DNA from: Chrysomallon squamiferum | Taxonomy: Eukaryota; Animalia; Mollusca | Direction of reading: 5' to 3' | Assembly: GCA_012295275.1 (NCBI GenBank) | Contig: CM022671.1 | Location: 17,856,001 to 17,920,000 of the forward strand | DNA: 64,000 bases | In this document: positions 38,715 through 52,625 of the stretch, one piece after another | Numbering within the stretch: the stretch's first letter is position 1 | Layout of the letters: the number at the start of each line of letters is the position of its first letter | The notes under the pieces: generated by a model | Database searches by the model: none | Told to the model about the DNA's origin: nothing | Seen by the model: the letters and a program-made list of their open reading frames with translations, nothing else | Translations under genes and position numbers: made by a program

Positions 38715-41700
38715 TACTACTGAATTTTTATTTCTATAAAAGTAAACCACACATGAATCAATTTATTTATTGTATCTTTGTACAATAATAATTTCTGAGA
38801 CAGACATAAACTTTTTAAAATTTTCATATTACACATTTACTGGAGAATACTGCATATATTACAACTCAGTCTTAAATACTAGAATATATTATTATACTTC
38901 AAAGCATCCATAAACATACAAAATGGCAATCATATGTGTATATAAACGTAAAGCCGTATATACTTCAGTCAAAATACTTCAATTATACTTCAAATTATAC
39001 TTCAAATGTATTGTTGGTATGATTGGTGTCCACACAGGTACTGAAATGTGTATTTAAATCAAAATTATAATAATTTTCAAAGTGAGCCATAAAAGTAATA
39101 GTAATAGAAAATATTTGTAAAATTTATTAGTAAATAAAGTGTAAATAATAACATGTATGTATTAACATGTATTCTGTTTAAACCAGTTTAAAAACAACAA
39201 CAAAAAGACCAAAAAAAAAAAAAAGGTTATATTAATTTTTTAATATGTAAGCCAAGAATTTTATTTTGTTTTGTTCATATTATGTCATACATAAAAAATG
39301 AGAAATAAAATGTGAACAACTGTTTTAATCTTCCAGATTTTAAGTATTGTAATTTTTCAATTTAAATTTTGAATGTTAGATATGTAAAATGAAATGGTTT
39401 GAACAGAATACACTTATATACAGATAATGGAGACAAAGGGAATATGTAAATATATAAAATAAATAAAGAAGCTCTTGCAATATAATTTTTAGCAATATAC
39501 AAAGACGATTTACATGTTATATATATATATATAAACAATGTTTAAATTAATTATGCCATGAATTGATGATTTTTTGGAAATAATGGCATAAATATTTATC
39601 AAAATGTTTTAGTCTTTTTTTTTTTTTTTTTTTCTTCTTGGTTTTCATTGGCAAGCTATTTTTAAAATAACATTTAATTAAATGGTTGAGTTACCTATGT
39701 GTTGAACTTAAACTATATATAAAACTGGTATCAAATAAAATAGTAAATAAAATTATAAAGGTGATTTTATTTGCATTAATTTTCTTTCTTTCATTGTTTT
39801 GCCATTTTCAAATTAAAAATAATTTTACAAAATTTTATGTATAATAATTTAATAAATATATATATATATATATATATCAAGAGTTTTATAATATGGTGAA
39901 CCAAATTAATAGTAAAACGATAATATTAAATATTGTTAAGATACTCAGAAAAAAATATTGTTATTTGTAATGTTTTATCGTTGTATTTTGACAGATATTA
40001 TTAGTTTATTTTCTATTTTACAAAACTATTCTAAAAAAATGCTTTTTTTTAAAGTTTTGTTTTTGTATTTCACAATGCATAATATACAGAAAAAAATGAT
40101 GTATTTTTCTTTGTGAGTTTCAAATATTGATGTAAATGGATGACATCTGATAAAATGAACATTTTGGCAGATGCACATTATAAGAAATATTGTATAGGCC
40201 ACAAAAAGTTGAGAACACCTGGATTTAAAAAAAATAAAAATAAAAATAATAAAAGTAAATATAATAAAACCTCCAGATACCTTTCAAAAGAGATTCAGAA
40301 ACGATAAATATGTGTTTGGAAAATACAGGATTTCAACCTTCACCTTCACTTTAAAAACAGATAAATAAACAACCTAAATACTAATTTTAAAATTTTAATT
40401 ACTCTTTTTGAAACCAACAATAAAATAACAAATAAATGTTTTGATGTTTTTATATTCCCTTTTCTAATGATACCACATCACACATAGACATATCTTTTAA
40501 AAACACACCTGTATATACAAAATCTCACTGCATTCTCTATAGATGTGTTAAATTAATGTCATACTTTATAATTAGCAAAGGTTGGTTTCAATAATCAAAT
40601 ATGTTTGTTGCTGGGCTTTTTTCAACCATATATAATATATTTAAGTTAAAAATGATATCATTATAGATCCACTTCCAAGATCAGAAAATGCTAAATAAAT
40701 ATTTAACCATAAGAATTTGGTTTTGTGCACTGTACAATTAAATATTCAAAATGAAATGATGAATACTACAAAACAAAATGTTATTTGAAATAAACAATAA
40801 TAAAACACAAAATTAATTTTTAATTATTGGGAAGACATTTTATGAAAAAGACAAGACATTTCATATTTTAAAAAAAAAAAAAAAAGAATGGAAAAAAAAG
40901 GAAAATAAAATAATAATAATAATAACTGACAGTATTAAATAATTTAAACACAGTTTTATATGCATTGTTTTGGGGTTTTTATTAAAAATAAAAATAAATA
41001 TGTTTTATATGTAGGCATTTTAATGTGTTATTTTTAACAGGAGACATACAACAACCATGAAATCATCATCAACAACAACAACAGCACTGACAACAACACA
41101 CCCACACCCACACATATAATTAATCATAAAGTGATATGCTATATTACACATTACTATATATGGTAACATGTTAATTTTAAATATAATGTGGAAGCTTGCA
41201 TTTTTTTTTTATTGTGTGTAATACACTCTTAACAAAGTTATTTCTGTATTTCAGAAACATAGAAAACATTTTTTTATTTTGATGCCTGTTTTGATATCTT
41301 CACTCAATCTGAGATCTGCAAACTAATAAATACGTATCATAGTATTTATTTAATTAAGTATTTATTTATTATTATTAGTCTGCACTTAATTATGTTAATT
41401 AAATAATGAGAGTACAGCCCTAATGCCAGGAGAATAAAGTAATAAATTATTACTGTATTAATTAGATAAAACAATAGATGATGGAACATTTATATTTACT
41501 GATAATAAAGAAATAAAAAAATTACCAAAAAAAAAAATATAAATAATGAAAAAATAATAATAATAAATATATATAAAAAAAAAGAAGCAATTATGATGAT
41601 GAAATGAAAAAAAAAAAAGACTTTTGATAATTTAAAAAAAGAGAAAAAAAAAGAATTAGAAGAAAACAAAAGAAAAACATAATTTAAAACAAATTTAATG

Positions 41701-41717
41701 ACATAAGATTTTATTAA

Positions 41718-41763
<46 letters not shown>

Positions 41764-42254
41764 TTTATAGATATAAGCACTATATAAACTGAGGTATTTC
41801 CAAACTAGTTAAATACATACAGCCAGTTTTAAAATAAATTATTTACAAAATATCACACGTAACACACACACCACTATATCAGTTAATAATACTTGCTGTA
41901 TTTTCTGCAAAATGGAATGATTAATATGAACATGTTTTTACATAACCCTTTTTTAAATTAGAATTAATTTATATTTTGTAACATGTATTTTCTCACACAG
42001 AACACTTTTCCAGTCATTCTATATAATACATCCGAACCTCTGTTAACCAGCCACCTGTGTTATACTCTGTGTATTCCTACATTCCAAAATCACTCAACTG
42101 AATTAATTTTCAAAAATATTCTGTGATTTTAGAAATATTTTTTTCAGAGGTAGTTGTGCATGAAATAAAATTGTATTTAATTTTATTTGTGATTTTTAAG
42201 TTTAAAAAAATATAATAAAACTTTAAAATTATATTGTTTTGTTTGTTGTTTTAC

Positions 42255-42293
<39 letters not shown>

Positions 42294-42475
42294 TGTTATT
42301 ATTATTTAATCATCCACAAAAGTCTCTTTGTTTCCATATATAACAATAATTTATAAATTTTTGATTCAATAACCCAAAATCACCAACACCAGGACTTGCA
42401 TACTTGAACCACAATGTTAACTTATAATAATACAAATACTTCAACATATCAGAAAACTATGTATTTCACTATGAA

Positions 42476-42520
<45 letters not shown>

Positions 42521-42922
42521 TACACAGACAACAAAGAGATTCATAAATTCATTTTGAACATTTCGTTAACATTAATTGTTGTTTACAATGCAAAATAACA
42601 CACAACACACACAATAACAGATACCAAGAATTCAGCATTTTCAAGGTATTAACAATTCTGGTGCATTTTACAACAACTAACAGATCTCTGGAATATAGAA
42701 TCATTTCCTCATATCAGTGATAAAATTTCAACAATGAAATTTTAGTTACACCAAAAAACTTTTTACAGTATAGAATTTTCTTGTTTTGAAAGAAAAATAC
42801 ACAAAAACCATAATCGATAAATTTGAGAAAATGTGCAATTAGTTTAATACATTTTCTTAATTACCTAATTATTATACAAGATAACTGTTTGAGAGAAAAA
42901 AAAAAGCACCAATTTTAAGGTT

Positions 42923-42953
<31 letters not shown>

Positions 42954-43162
42954 ATAACTTTTTAACTTCCAGAATAACATTCCACTTACCTCCTTTGATA
43001 TGTTAATGGAAAAAAAAAAACAAAATAACATGTGCTGGCCCGCCAGAGATGAAAGACTTTGGTACGTTGTCAGATAACAAGACTAACCAGCCAACCACAA
43101 TTAATTAACTAATTAATTAATTAATTAACAAACACAACAGTCTAGAACAGCAGAACACAGCA

Positions 43163-43577
43163 TTACCTCTTGATATTGAAAAATCTCTCTTCTAAAACCC
43201 TAACCAGTCTCTCTCTCATTAAATACTTAAAGTTTTCGTACCACTGAATCAGCTTCTGTCTCCTTTTTATTTTATCTTCGTGTGTCATTACCGTCTCCTT
43301 CTCCAGGATTTCGTGCAGCTGGCTCCAGTTCTTAATGAAGATTATAGGAGCATTGAACTCCTTGAGGAGTCGGAGGGGAGCCACCTCCGAAGCACTCGAA
43401 GGCCCGCACAGCCCTGGTGTCATGACGTCCTCCACGACAGGAACGGAGCCGTATGACATGGCTTCGTATATGCGGTAGCACTCGGTGTTGATGCCCACGG
43501 GATTCAGGGTGAGATCACTCTGAGCTAGAGCTCGCAAATAGTCTTCACGAGTTTCATCCGATTCTTGAGGCAACCAC
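43163..43577 (-). CDS. RXYLT1: RXYLT1/TMEM5 last exon
   Basis: WLPQESDETREDYLRALAQSDLTLNPVGINTECYRIYEAMSYGSVPVVEDVMTPG...APIIFIKNW, matching the TMEM5 C-terminal domain; cag acceptor at 43580-43578. Confidence 0.94.
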
Positions 43578-43951
43578 CTGTAGCAGTAGTAGTAGTAGAA
43601 ACAGTATTAATAATAATAATGATGAAGATGACAACGACTATGATAGTAATAGTAGTAATAGTAGTAATAATAGCAATAATAATAACAACAATAATAATAG
43701 TAATAATAATAATAATAACAATAATATTAATAACAACAACAATAATAGTAATAATAATAATGTAACAATAACAGCAAAACCAATAAAAACCATAATAATT
43801 ACATTATTAATTGCAATAATTTAATGTAATGATGTATAATGGTTATGATGATTTTGATAACAGTAATAATAGTTTAATAATATTTTAATGATAATATAAT
43901 AATAATTATAATGATAATGATGATAACAATAACAATAACAATAACAATAAC

Positions 43952-43990
<39 letters not shown>

Positions 43991-44305
43991 GTACAAAAAT
44001 GTTAAATTATGAATAACAATATTTTAATAAGTTATTGTACAGTGTGATACATGATTAAAAATGTACAAATAATAAAAAAAGAAAACCAGAAAGAGGTTAT
44101 TCCTTTTTGATTAGCAATAAAATATTTTTCACATGTACCTACCCTTAGGAAAGGAGAGAGAAAAATGAAAAGAGGAACATAGAGTGAAATACTTACAAAC
44201 ACCTAAAATTAAATAATCTTACTACCTTTATGAAACAAAATTGTGGTTTTTATGTATAAACCCAATTTTTTTTTTTTTAAGAGAATTTCTGATTTATAAA
44301 CTTAC

Positions 44306-44476
44306 ACCATACGGGGTTTGATGTAACATCGTTTTCTGTGTGGACTTCTCTCCACTGTTTTAAGCAGCACTTCACGAGATGAATTTTTGTAAATAGTTCC
44401 CAAGAAATTACTTAAATACTTTCTATGAGTTGTTAGAGGTAGATGGGCACTGTCCACTTTCGGAAACTCGCGATAC
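44306..44476 (-). CDS. RXYLT1: RXYLT1 penultimate exon
   Basis: YREFPKVD...RKYLSNFLGTIYKNSSREVL...CYIKPRM; canonical cag/gtaag sites; phases fit. Confidence 0.93.
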
Positions 44477-45190
44477 CTGAAAAGATTGAATTACAATTGT
44501 AATTAAAATAGTAAAGATAATAATGAGTGTAATAATAAATCAATAAATAAATACTACTACTGCTACTGCTAATATTTTTTAAAGTAATAATCATTATATT
44601 AATAATAATAAAAATAACCATAACAGTAACAATAATTAATAAATAATTGAATTAAATAATAATAATTTTATTAATATTTTTTCCAAAATGTATTAGTTTT
44701 CCATTATCAGGAAAATATATGCTTGAAAATGAGTACTGCCCCTTTGTTGTTATTAATCATATTGAGTTATTTCCCTTACATCAGTTTCTAACTTGGTAAT
44801 AAAGTTTAAAAACAAACAACAAACATTTATATATAAATTTACAAAAACAGCTTCAATTCAAAATGTTTTATGAAACAGTATAGTTTAATTTAACAGTGTA
44901 AATCCAAAATCATTTATCTTTAGATCTAGAGATCTTTAAAAAAACTGAATTAAATAATATATTAAAAAATTTAAAATTTAAATATTATAATGATTTTATG
45001 ACATGAAACAGATTAAATACCAATCATGTTTATAAACAAAATCGACATGTAAAACAAATCAAGTACATATTATTTATTTTATTATTATTATTATTATTAT
45101 TTTAAATTTTAAGCTGCAAATCCAGAAATATTTAACTTTTAACAAATAAAATAAATAATACAAAATTTTAACAAATTTATTCAATCTTAC

Positions 45191-45496
45191 GTGGCTACTC
45201 CTATTGGCCATTGGTAAAAGTCAGTGTTGTCTATATCTGGACTGTCGTACGTTAAAAAGAAAAATTTTACAGGTCCTCCCTGTGATCTGAGATAGGGTTT
45301 GAGCCAGCCATTTTTGCACTGTTCGTTTCCGAGGATAATCACTGCAGCATTTTTCAGTTTTGGCAGAGTGGGTAAGAAGTCTAGCCAGAGTTTGGCAAAG
45401 TCGACCTTCGATGTTTCACGTCCATTAAGAACAAGAACAAGGTTTTCTGTGTCTCGCGGAACTTTGCTGGGAATGACTCCCGGCCCTGTGCGGAAT
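45191..45496 (-). CDS. RXYLT1: RXYLT1 internal exon
   Basis: FRTGPGVIP...LVLVLNGRE...IILGNEQCKNGWL...TYDSPDIDNTDFYQWPIGVAT. Confidence 0.94.
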
Positions 45497-46057
45497 CTGT
45501 GAAAACAAAAATAAATAAATTAAAAAAGTGAAAATGAAATGATATGATTAAAAGTTTAATAAAAATAAATGATGTGAAAATGAAATGATATAATTAAAAA
45601 TTTTATAAAAAATAAATGAAGTGAAAAATGATAAAAAGAAATGAAATGAAAAAATTATAAACAGAAACGAAAGCTAATGAAATGACATAAAAATGAAATA
45701 AATATGAAATCAAAGTAATATGAAAATAAAATGAAAGTAAATTAAATTTTAAAAAAGGTAATAAATTAAATTATGATTTATGAAATACAAAATGAAACAA
45801 AAATTATAACAGAAAAGGAATAAATTGAAATGAAATGAAATAAAATAAAATTAAAATAAATTAAATTAAAAATAAATTTAGAAGTAAATAAAATAATAAA
45901 ATAAAAACAAATTTAACAAACAGGATATCAGTGTTTAAAACTGGTTGTAAAAAAAATATCAGCTACATTATTAAAACATTTACTGTAATATTAGACATGT
46001 CAGAAAATACAATACAAAATTTCAGACATTACATTAATACAAGTGAACAAAATCATA

Positions 46058-46357
46058 ACAGAAATGTTCATAAATATTTTTAAAAATTAAAAATTACAAT
46101 AAAAAACTGCTAAAATGTAATTATTAATAAAGGTTATATCCATTTAGAATATGTTAAGAATTCAAATTTATCTGTTTGAAGAATGACAATTTAATAATAA
46201 TAATAATAATAATAACAGAAATGTCCATAAATATTTTTAAAAATTAAAAATTAAAAATTACAATAAAAAACTGCTAAAATGTAATTATTAATAATAAAGG
46301 TTATATCCATTTAGAATATGTTAAGAATTCAAATTTATCTGTTTGAAGAATGACAAT

Positions 46358-46400
<43 letters not shown>
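46058..46400. repeat. ~157-bp near-perfect tandem duplication ending in (AAT)n
   Basis: CAGAAATGT(T/C)CATAAATATTTTT...GAAGAATGACAATTTAATAATAA occurs twice. Confidence 0.9.
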
Positions 46401-46405
<5 letters not shown>

Positions 46406-46531
46406 TAATGATAATATTTTTAATTATTATTTGCAATTGCAGTAGGAACAAAAACAGTAGTAGTGGTAGTAATTATAGTATTAGTAGCAGTAGTAACAGT
46501 AGTAACAGTACCTATTTTATTGATATGAAAA

Positions 46532-47695
46532 ACAAGTTTTAAGATGTTATTTTTAAGGGGGAAAAAATTGCAGCTTCTTTCCTAATAATTATTCTAAATT
46601 ATCTAACAGCTGGGCCTAACAAATCTCAAGTATTAAATAAATTACCCAGAAAGCAGTTATTTTTAAAATAACTAAAATGGCTGTCAAAGCAATCTTGTAT
46701 TAAGTGGCCATCTTGAAAACATCAATAATGTTGACTCAATTTTCTTTATCAGTCATTTTTTACAAGATTTTATCATTAACATATTTCTACAATTTATTTT
46801 TATATATTTACATTTTATAATTCATTTTATTTATTTATTTTATTATTATTATTTTTTTTTTAACTGAAAGTATACTCATTGTAATTTAACAAAAGATTAT
46901 TTAACATTCTGAAAATCATAGCTCAGATAATATATCAGAAAATACCCCAAAAGCAATTAACTTCTGAGGAATCTTTTGATCCATTTGGTCACAGATTGCT
47001 ACATTAAGTCTTGCCGTCATTATATAAAGACTTTTCAGAACCAAGAAATCTTTGCATCTTAGAGAGATGACAAGACGATAGCAGTTTGAAAAATGAGACA
47101 CTCATAACAAGATCAGTAGAACTGGTGATCATGCTACTCAGTATACAGAGAGACAAATGTTAAAAAGAAATTTCACTGCAGAATAGATCTGAAAATATGA
47201 TTATTCTTAATTAGCTAGATTGATCTGGTAGAGATGTATCCATTACATGTAATTTGTTTGTCATGTCTTGAGGAGCAAACAACAAAATACTGAAATTTCA
47301 GTTATGTTTAATTTACTGGTGTGTGTCTGTCTCTCTGTGTCTGTCTGTGTATGTGTGTATGTGTATGTGTGTGTCTGTGTGTGTGTGGTTGTGCATGCAT
47401 GTGTAAGTTTGTTGAATGTATATGTCTATATATGTTTGTGTTTATATTCATGTGTCTATATCTATATGATTATACATACATCTATATATTTTTAGATACA
47501 TGTTGATGTGTATCTATAGATATGTTAGTATATTTATTTTATCAAATGTTACTAAACTGACAGATTTTACACACCAGTTCTGGGAATGTCTTCCTTTTGT
47601 ATATGCATATATGAACTTAATGAATGTTTGATGTCTTTTCTTTGTTGTTTAATTATTTTTATTAATTAGCTTCATGCTTGACTTATTATTATTAA

Positions 47696-47748
<53 letters not shown>

Positions 47749-48572
47749 AATTTCTTTTCTGTCATTTTCATTCAGCCAGAATGGTCAATCTCAAAATGTA
47801 TGAAGATATAAGAAAATAATAATAATATTTAATCAGTGAAATCCACTTCATAGTCCATTCCTTGACATGGTGATGAGATTTCTATATCTAAATAACCCAA
47901 AGAGCTGAGTCCAGCAGGAGCTTTGCCTTCTGTAAGGGACCCACATGCTAAACTGGTCAGTGGCTACAGACTAGACAGATTTGGACTAAGGGTGAGATAA
48001 CCCTAACAGAAACCTCAAATACTGAAATGAGAAGTGTGGGGCCCCATAGCATACTCTAATAGGCCACAAAACTCTGCATCAGCAGCTACTATGATTCAAA
48101 TCAAAATGGAAGACACAGACATTATCTTTATGTTGTTTATAATTTAAACATTTCTTGAGTGAATATTTTACAACAAAAAAAAATTATTATTCTCATTTTT
48201 ATGATTTGTTTTTTTCCAATATTTTTTTGTGAATATTTTAATTTTGTTCTAAATGTTATTAACTTCTCCTTTTAAGAAAAAAAATTCCATTTTATTTGAA
48301 ATGATTTGTTCCTGCTGAACTCCTACATATAAAATCTTGTAAAAATGACTGATAAAGAAAACTGAGGCAACATTATTGATGTCTTCAAGATGGCCACTTA
48401 ATACAAGATTGCTTTGACAGCCATTTTATAGGTATTTAGAAAATAAGTGAATTCTGAGTAATTTATTTAATACTTGAGATTGGTTAGGACCCGTTAGTAG
48501 ATCATTTTGAACAATTATTATGAGAAAAACTGCAATTTTAGTTTTTTAAAAAGTAACATTTTAAGCCTTATT
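46532..48572. repeat. Long inverted repeat (arms ~46532-46773 and ~48329-48572)
   Basis: AAAATGGCTGTCAAAGCAATCTTGTATTAAGTGGCCATCTTGAA (46674-46717) is the exact reverse complement of 48384-48427; similarity extends over ~240 bp. Confidence 0.92.
47855..48010 (+). mobile_element. Degenerate RTE-clade LINE 5' region
   Basis: CTTGACATGGTG..AATAACCCAAAGAGCT..GTAAGGGACCCACATGCTAAACTGGTC..GACTAAG follows the motif order I recall for RTE 5' UTRs. Confidence 0.4.
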
Positions 48573-50956
48573 TTAGAAACCATTAAAGTAAGCAGTGTTA
48601 TTACCATTACCACCACCACCACCACTACTACTACTACTACCATGACCACTACCATTACTATTACTATTATTTTTTCACTCTGTAATTATTAAATAGTAAT
48701 AATGAAACACACAAAAAAAAAATTTGTTTGCTGTTATTTGTTCACTAAAACATAGACATACAAATGCAGATATAAATGCACACTCAGATGTAATTCTTAA
48801 ACATGAATTCAATATGAACCACACAGTTAAAGAAATTTTCAGTATCATTTGAAGCTAACAATAATAAAAATAACTACACAAAAAGAATAAATGAAGAACA
48901 CAAATGTATCAGAAGCCTTTCAGTTTGTAATGTTTATGCTGTGTCAGTAAAGAAACTTGTAGAATTCACCTCTGCTTATTAAAATCAATATTCCACAGTT
49001 ATGTCTAAAGTGTTATGCAGATTATGTAAATTTGGTGTTTAAATAAATCTTACAGAGATAAACTGAAGCAGTGGTGTCTTTTCAATAAAGTAAATGACAA
49101 ATATAAAAACTGCCAGTAAAGATAGGTTTAGTATGTAGACAGTAAAGATATACAGTAGTGAAAAATAAAGCAGGACCTGCCTTTTCTATTAAAAATAAAA
49201 GCTAATGTTGTTATGTCAATGATTATAATTATAATAATTACGGTGAAGCAGTAAAATAAAATAAAATATAAAAAGTAAATAAATTATAACAAATTATTAT
49301 AAACTAAAAATAAGTTTTATACCTTGAAATAACTGAAAGATTATGAAAACATATATCTGTATCTATTTATCTGTCTGTCTGATGTCTATCTATCTGTCTA
49401 TCTATCTATCTATATTATTATTATTATTGACAAAGTAATACTTACTAGTCATTCACAAAATAGTTTCAGAATCTTAATTTTTAACAAAGCACTAGATTTA
49501 GATCAAACAGTCAAGAATAAAATCATGATTTGGAATAAAAAATGAAAAATAAAAATATATTTGAAACAAAATCATCATTCAGAATTAATGAAATGAAACA
49601 AAACAAAACAAGCATGGAACACTCTTATAACAGTGACTCCTGTAAGATGGGATGAATTTGCACCAAACAGAACCATTCATCAAACAAAGATCATTTGTCA
49701 ACTTAGTCACACTCAAATACACAGCAAGCACAGCTCACTTCACAAAGACAAGCCAAAAACAAACAACGTCCAGTTGGTCATTTCCACTGGACATACAGCC
49801 CGAGGCTAATCCATCATGCAGCATTTAGAAGACAATCGTTAAAAACATTCCTGAAACACCATGTCCAGTCATGGGGGGATTCACCAACCATGGGGGACAT
49901 GATGGCCGAGGGTCTGAATGTCCTTCTGCCAGTTTAATTGTCAGTCTGAACTGGAAGTGTCCACTCATAAACACACTGCCAAATGAACTGTCCAGCGCAG
50001 CTGAACACTGACCACAGGCTATCAGACCTGTCACTGGGAAGGCAATTATCTGCTAACTGTGTCACTCTCTCTACTCACAGAAGTACTCTTCAGGTGGCCA
50101 CTTAAATTTTCATTAAGTCACTTCTTTCATTTGACTGCTGGACACACAGTGGTCATATAACTTAACTGTTTTCTTGTATGCATCTTTATCATAATATTTT
50201 AATATATAGTTTAATTTTTAGACTTTTTTTTGGTTTAATTTTAGTTAAGTCACTTCTTTCATTTGACTACTGGATGTAATAGTATAACAATAAGATAATA
50301 CCTTTCTTGTCTCTCTCTGTTATAAAGTATTTTAATTTATTCGTAATAGTTTAACCATTACCCCCTTTTAAAGGCTTTGATATATTAAGTTACTTCTTTC
50401 ATTTCACTGGACAAATAATAATGATAATAGTAATAGTAACAGTAAAAGTAGTATCGTAGTTGTAGTATAGTAGTAAAAATAATGACAACAACAACAACAA
50501 CAACAGCACTATTTCTTTTCTGTCTCTAAATTATCTTTTAATATATAAAATTCCTAGATCTTTGTCTTTCTGATATGCGTTTTAAATTATTCAGAAAAAA
50601 GATAATAACATAAAATACATTCCATAAAAGTCTGTAAAAATGCTCCTCATCTAATAGCAAAGGTTAATAGAAATCACATGCAATAAAAATCATGATTACA
50701 TAAAATGTTATATGCTCTGCCTTTATCACGTTCTCAACATCAAAATAATCTTGGTTATCAGTCCAAAGTAATCATTTTAATGTTCATCTCAGCATACTGA
50801 TCTGTCTGATCTCAGTAATCTATGTTTGCATGATGGGAAATAAAGTAAAGTACTTTCCAGTTTAGCTCAGTCTTTCTTATGAAAAGTGATTTGAAATCTT
50901 CATAAACTGTCTGATGTATGACATGAAATCATAAACCAGACTATTAAATATTCTAT

Positions 50957-51033
<77 letters not shown>

Positions 51034-51929
51034 CATATGTATGTGCTTGTATACACGATTTCATGATAATCTTTAGATACTTTATAAAAATGTGAAATTG
51101 CACTTGAGTAGAAAAATACTTTATTTTTCATTCCATATATATATATACAGACAGACAGAGAGCCATACAGATAGGTACAGATATATAGATAGAGATAGAA
51201 TAGATAAGATAGACATACAGACAGAGAGAGAGAGAGAGAATATGAGTATTTATAGTCATGTTTGTCTCCAATGTATTTATTACAAAAATAATTATCTTTA
51301 CAGATCAGAAGTGATTACATAAATTCACTACAGTCACCACAGACTCTGAAATCAGTTTTCAGTTCATTAAAGATAAAAATCCAGCAAGAGACCATCCATC
51401 CTCTGTGAATCTGAGAAGTAAATGAAAATGGTTTTTAATTAAATTAACATTTTTATAAAGATCATCTCACACAAACGGTGGTCATCGAAGCCTTCAGACA
51501 AAACTCTATTAGTTTATTAAACAGACTTTCACAGCCAGGACATCCCTGCACACTCTCAGTTAATGAGTCCAGTGTTTGTTGTAAGTCACATACACCTTTC
51601 AAAAACTGATCCATCAGCTTTGGTTCTGCACACAGGATTTGCAGTCATGTTCCAGTAATGAGCTCTATGATTTCTGAAGTCTGATAACTGTAAACACTGC
51701 TGGTCTTAATCAGGAAAGCTGCAGCACAAAGCCTCAGAACAGGGACTTCAGCACGAAAAACAGGGAAAAGCTGTGTGAACAACACAGACATCTCCATCAG
51801 AAACACAGACATCAACATCTGATGCACAGACACTGACATCACGAACAACACAGAGCACAGCCTAACAAAGACAGAAACCACACTGAAAATGTCACGTCCA
51901 TCTCTGTTACACGTTAATGATTCCTGGAC

Positions 51930-52625
51930 CACTACAACTCTCCTAATAATGAAATCCCTCCATGCAGTATGTTACCCTCTCAAAGTCTCCTATAATAAAA
52001 TCCTTCCATAGTTACCTACCTCAAGTCTCCTAACAAATGAAATCCTTCCAGTTACCCACTACAAGTCTCCTATAATAAAATCTTTCCATATTTACCCACT
52101 ACAAGTCTCCTATAATGAAATCCTTCCAAAGTTACCCACTACAAGTCTCCTAATAAATGAAATCCTTCTGTACTGTCTGTTACCTACTTTCCTATAATGA
52201 AATCCTTCCATTCTATTATACTTTACTAATTTCCTAATCATGAAATTCTTCCATTCTATTATACTTGACTAATTTCCTAATCATGAAATTCTTTCATACT
52301 GCCTTCTACCCATGTCTCCTAATAATGAAAACCTTCCATACTGTCATTTAACCTCTAAAAGTCCCTTAACAACAAAATCCTTACACATACATTTTATCTA
52401 CACTAAGTTTCCTAATAATGAAATCCTTCCATGCTTTTGTTATACTTTATTAATTTCTAAATAATGAAATCCTTCAACACTTTCTTCTATCCATGGCTCC
52501 AAATAATGCTCTCTATAGTATAATCTACCCAATAACAAAACCCCTTTATAGGATTTTCTACCCACCAAAGGTCTCCTAATAACAAAATCCTTCTACACAA
52601 TCAGCTACCTACAATGTCTCCTATT
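51930..52625. repeat. Degenerate ~40-bp minisatellite
   Basis: Recurring CTCCTA(A)TAATGAAATCCTTCCA..TTACCCACTACAAGT, roughly 15-17 units. Confidence 0.85.

Noticed and set aside
49825-50034. 69-aa minus-strand ORF as the missing RXYLT1 exon
   Set aside because: No similarity to RXYLT1 N-terminal motifs and no convincing phase-compatible splice sites.
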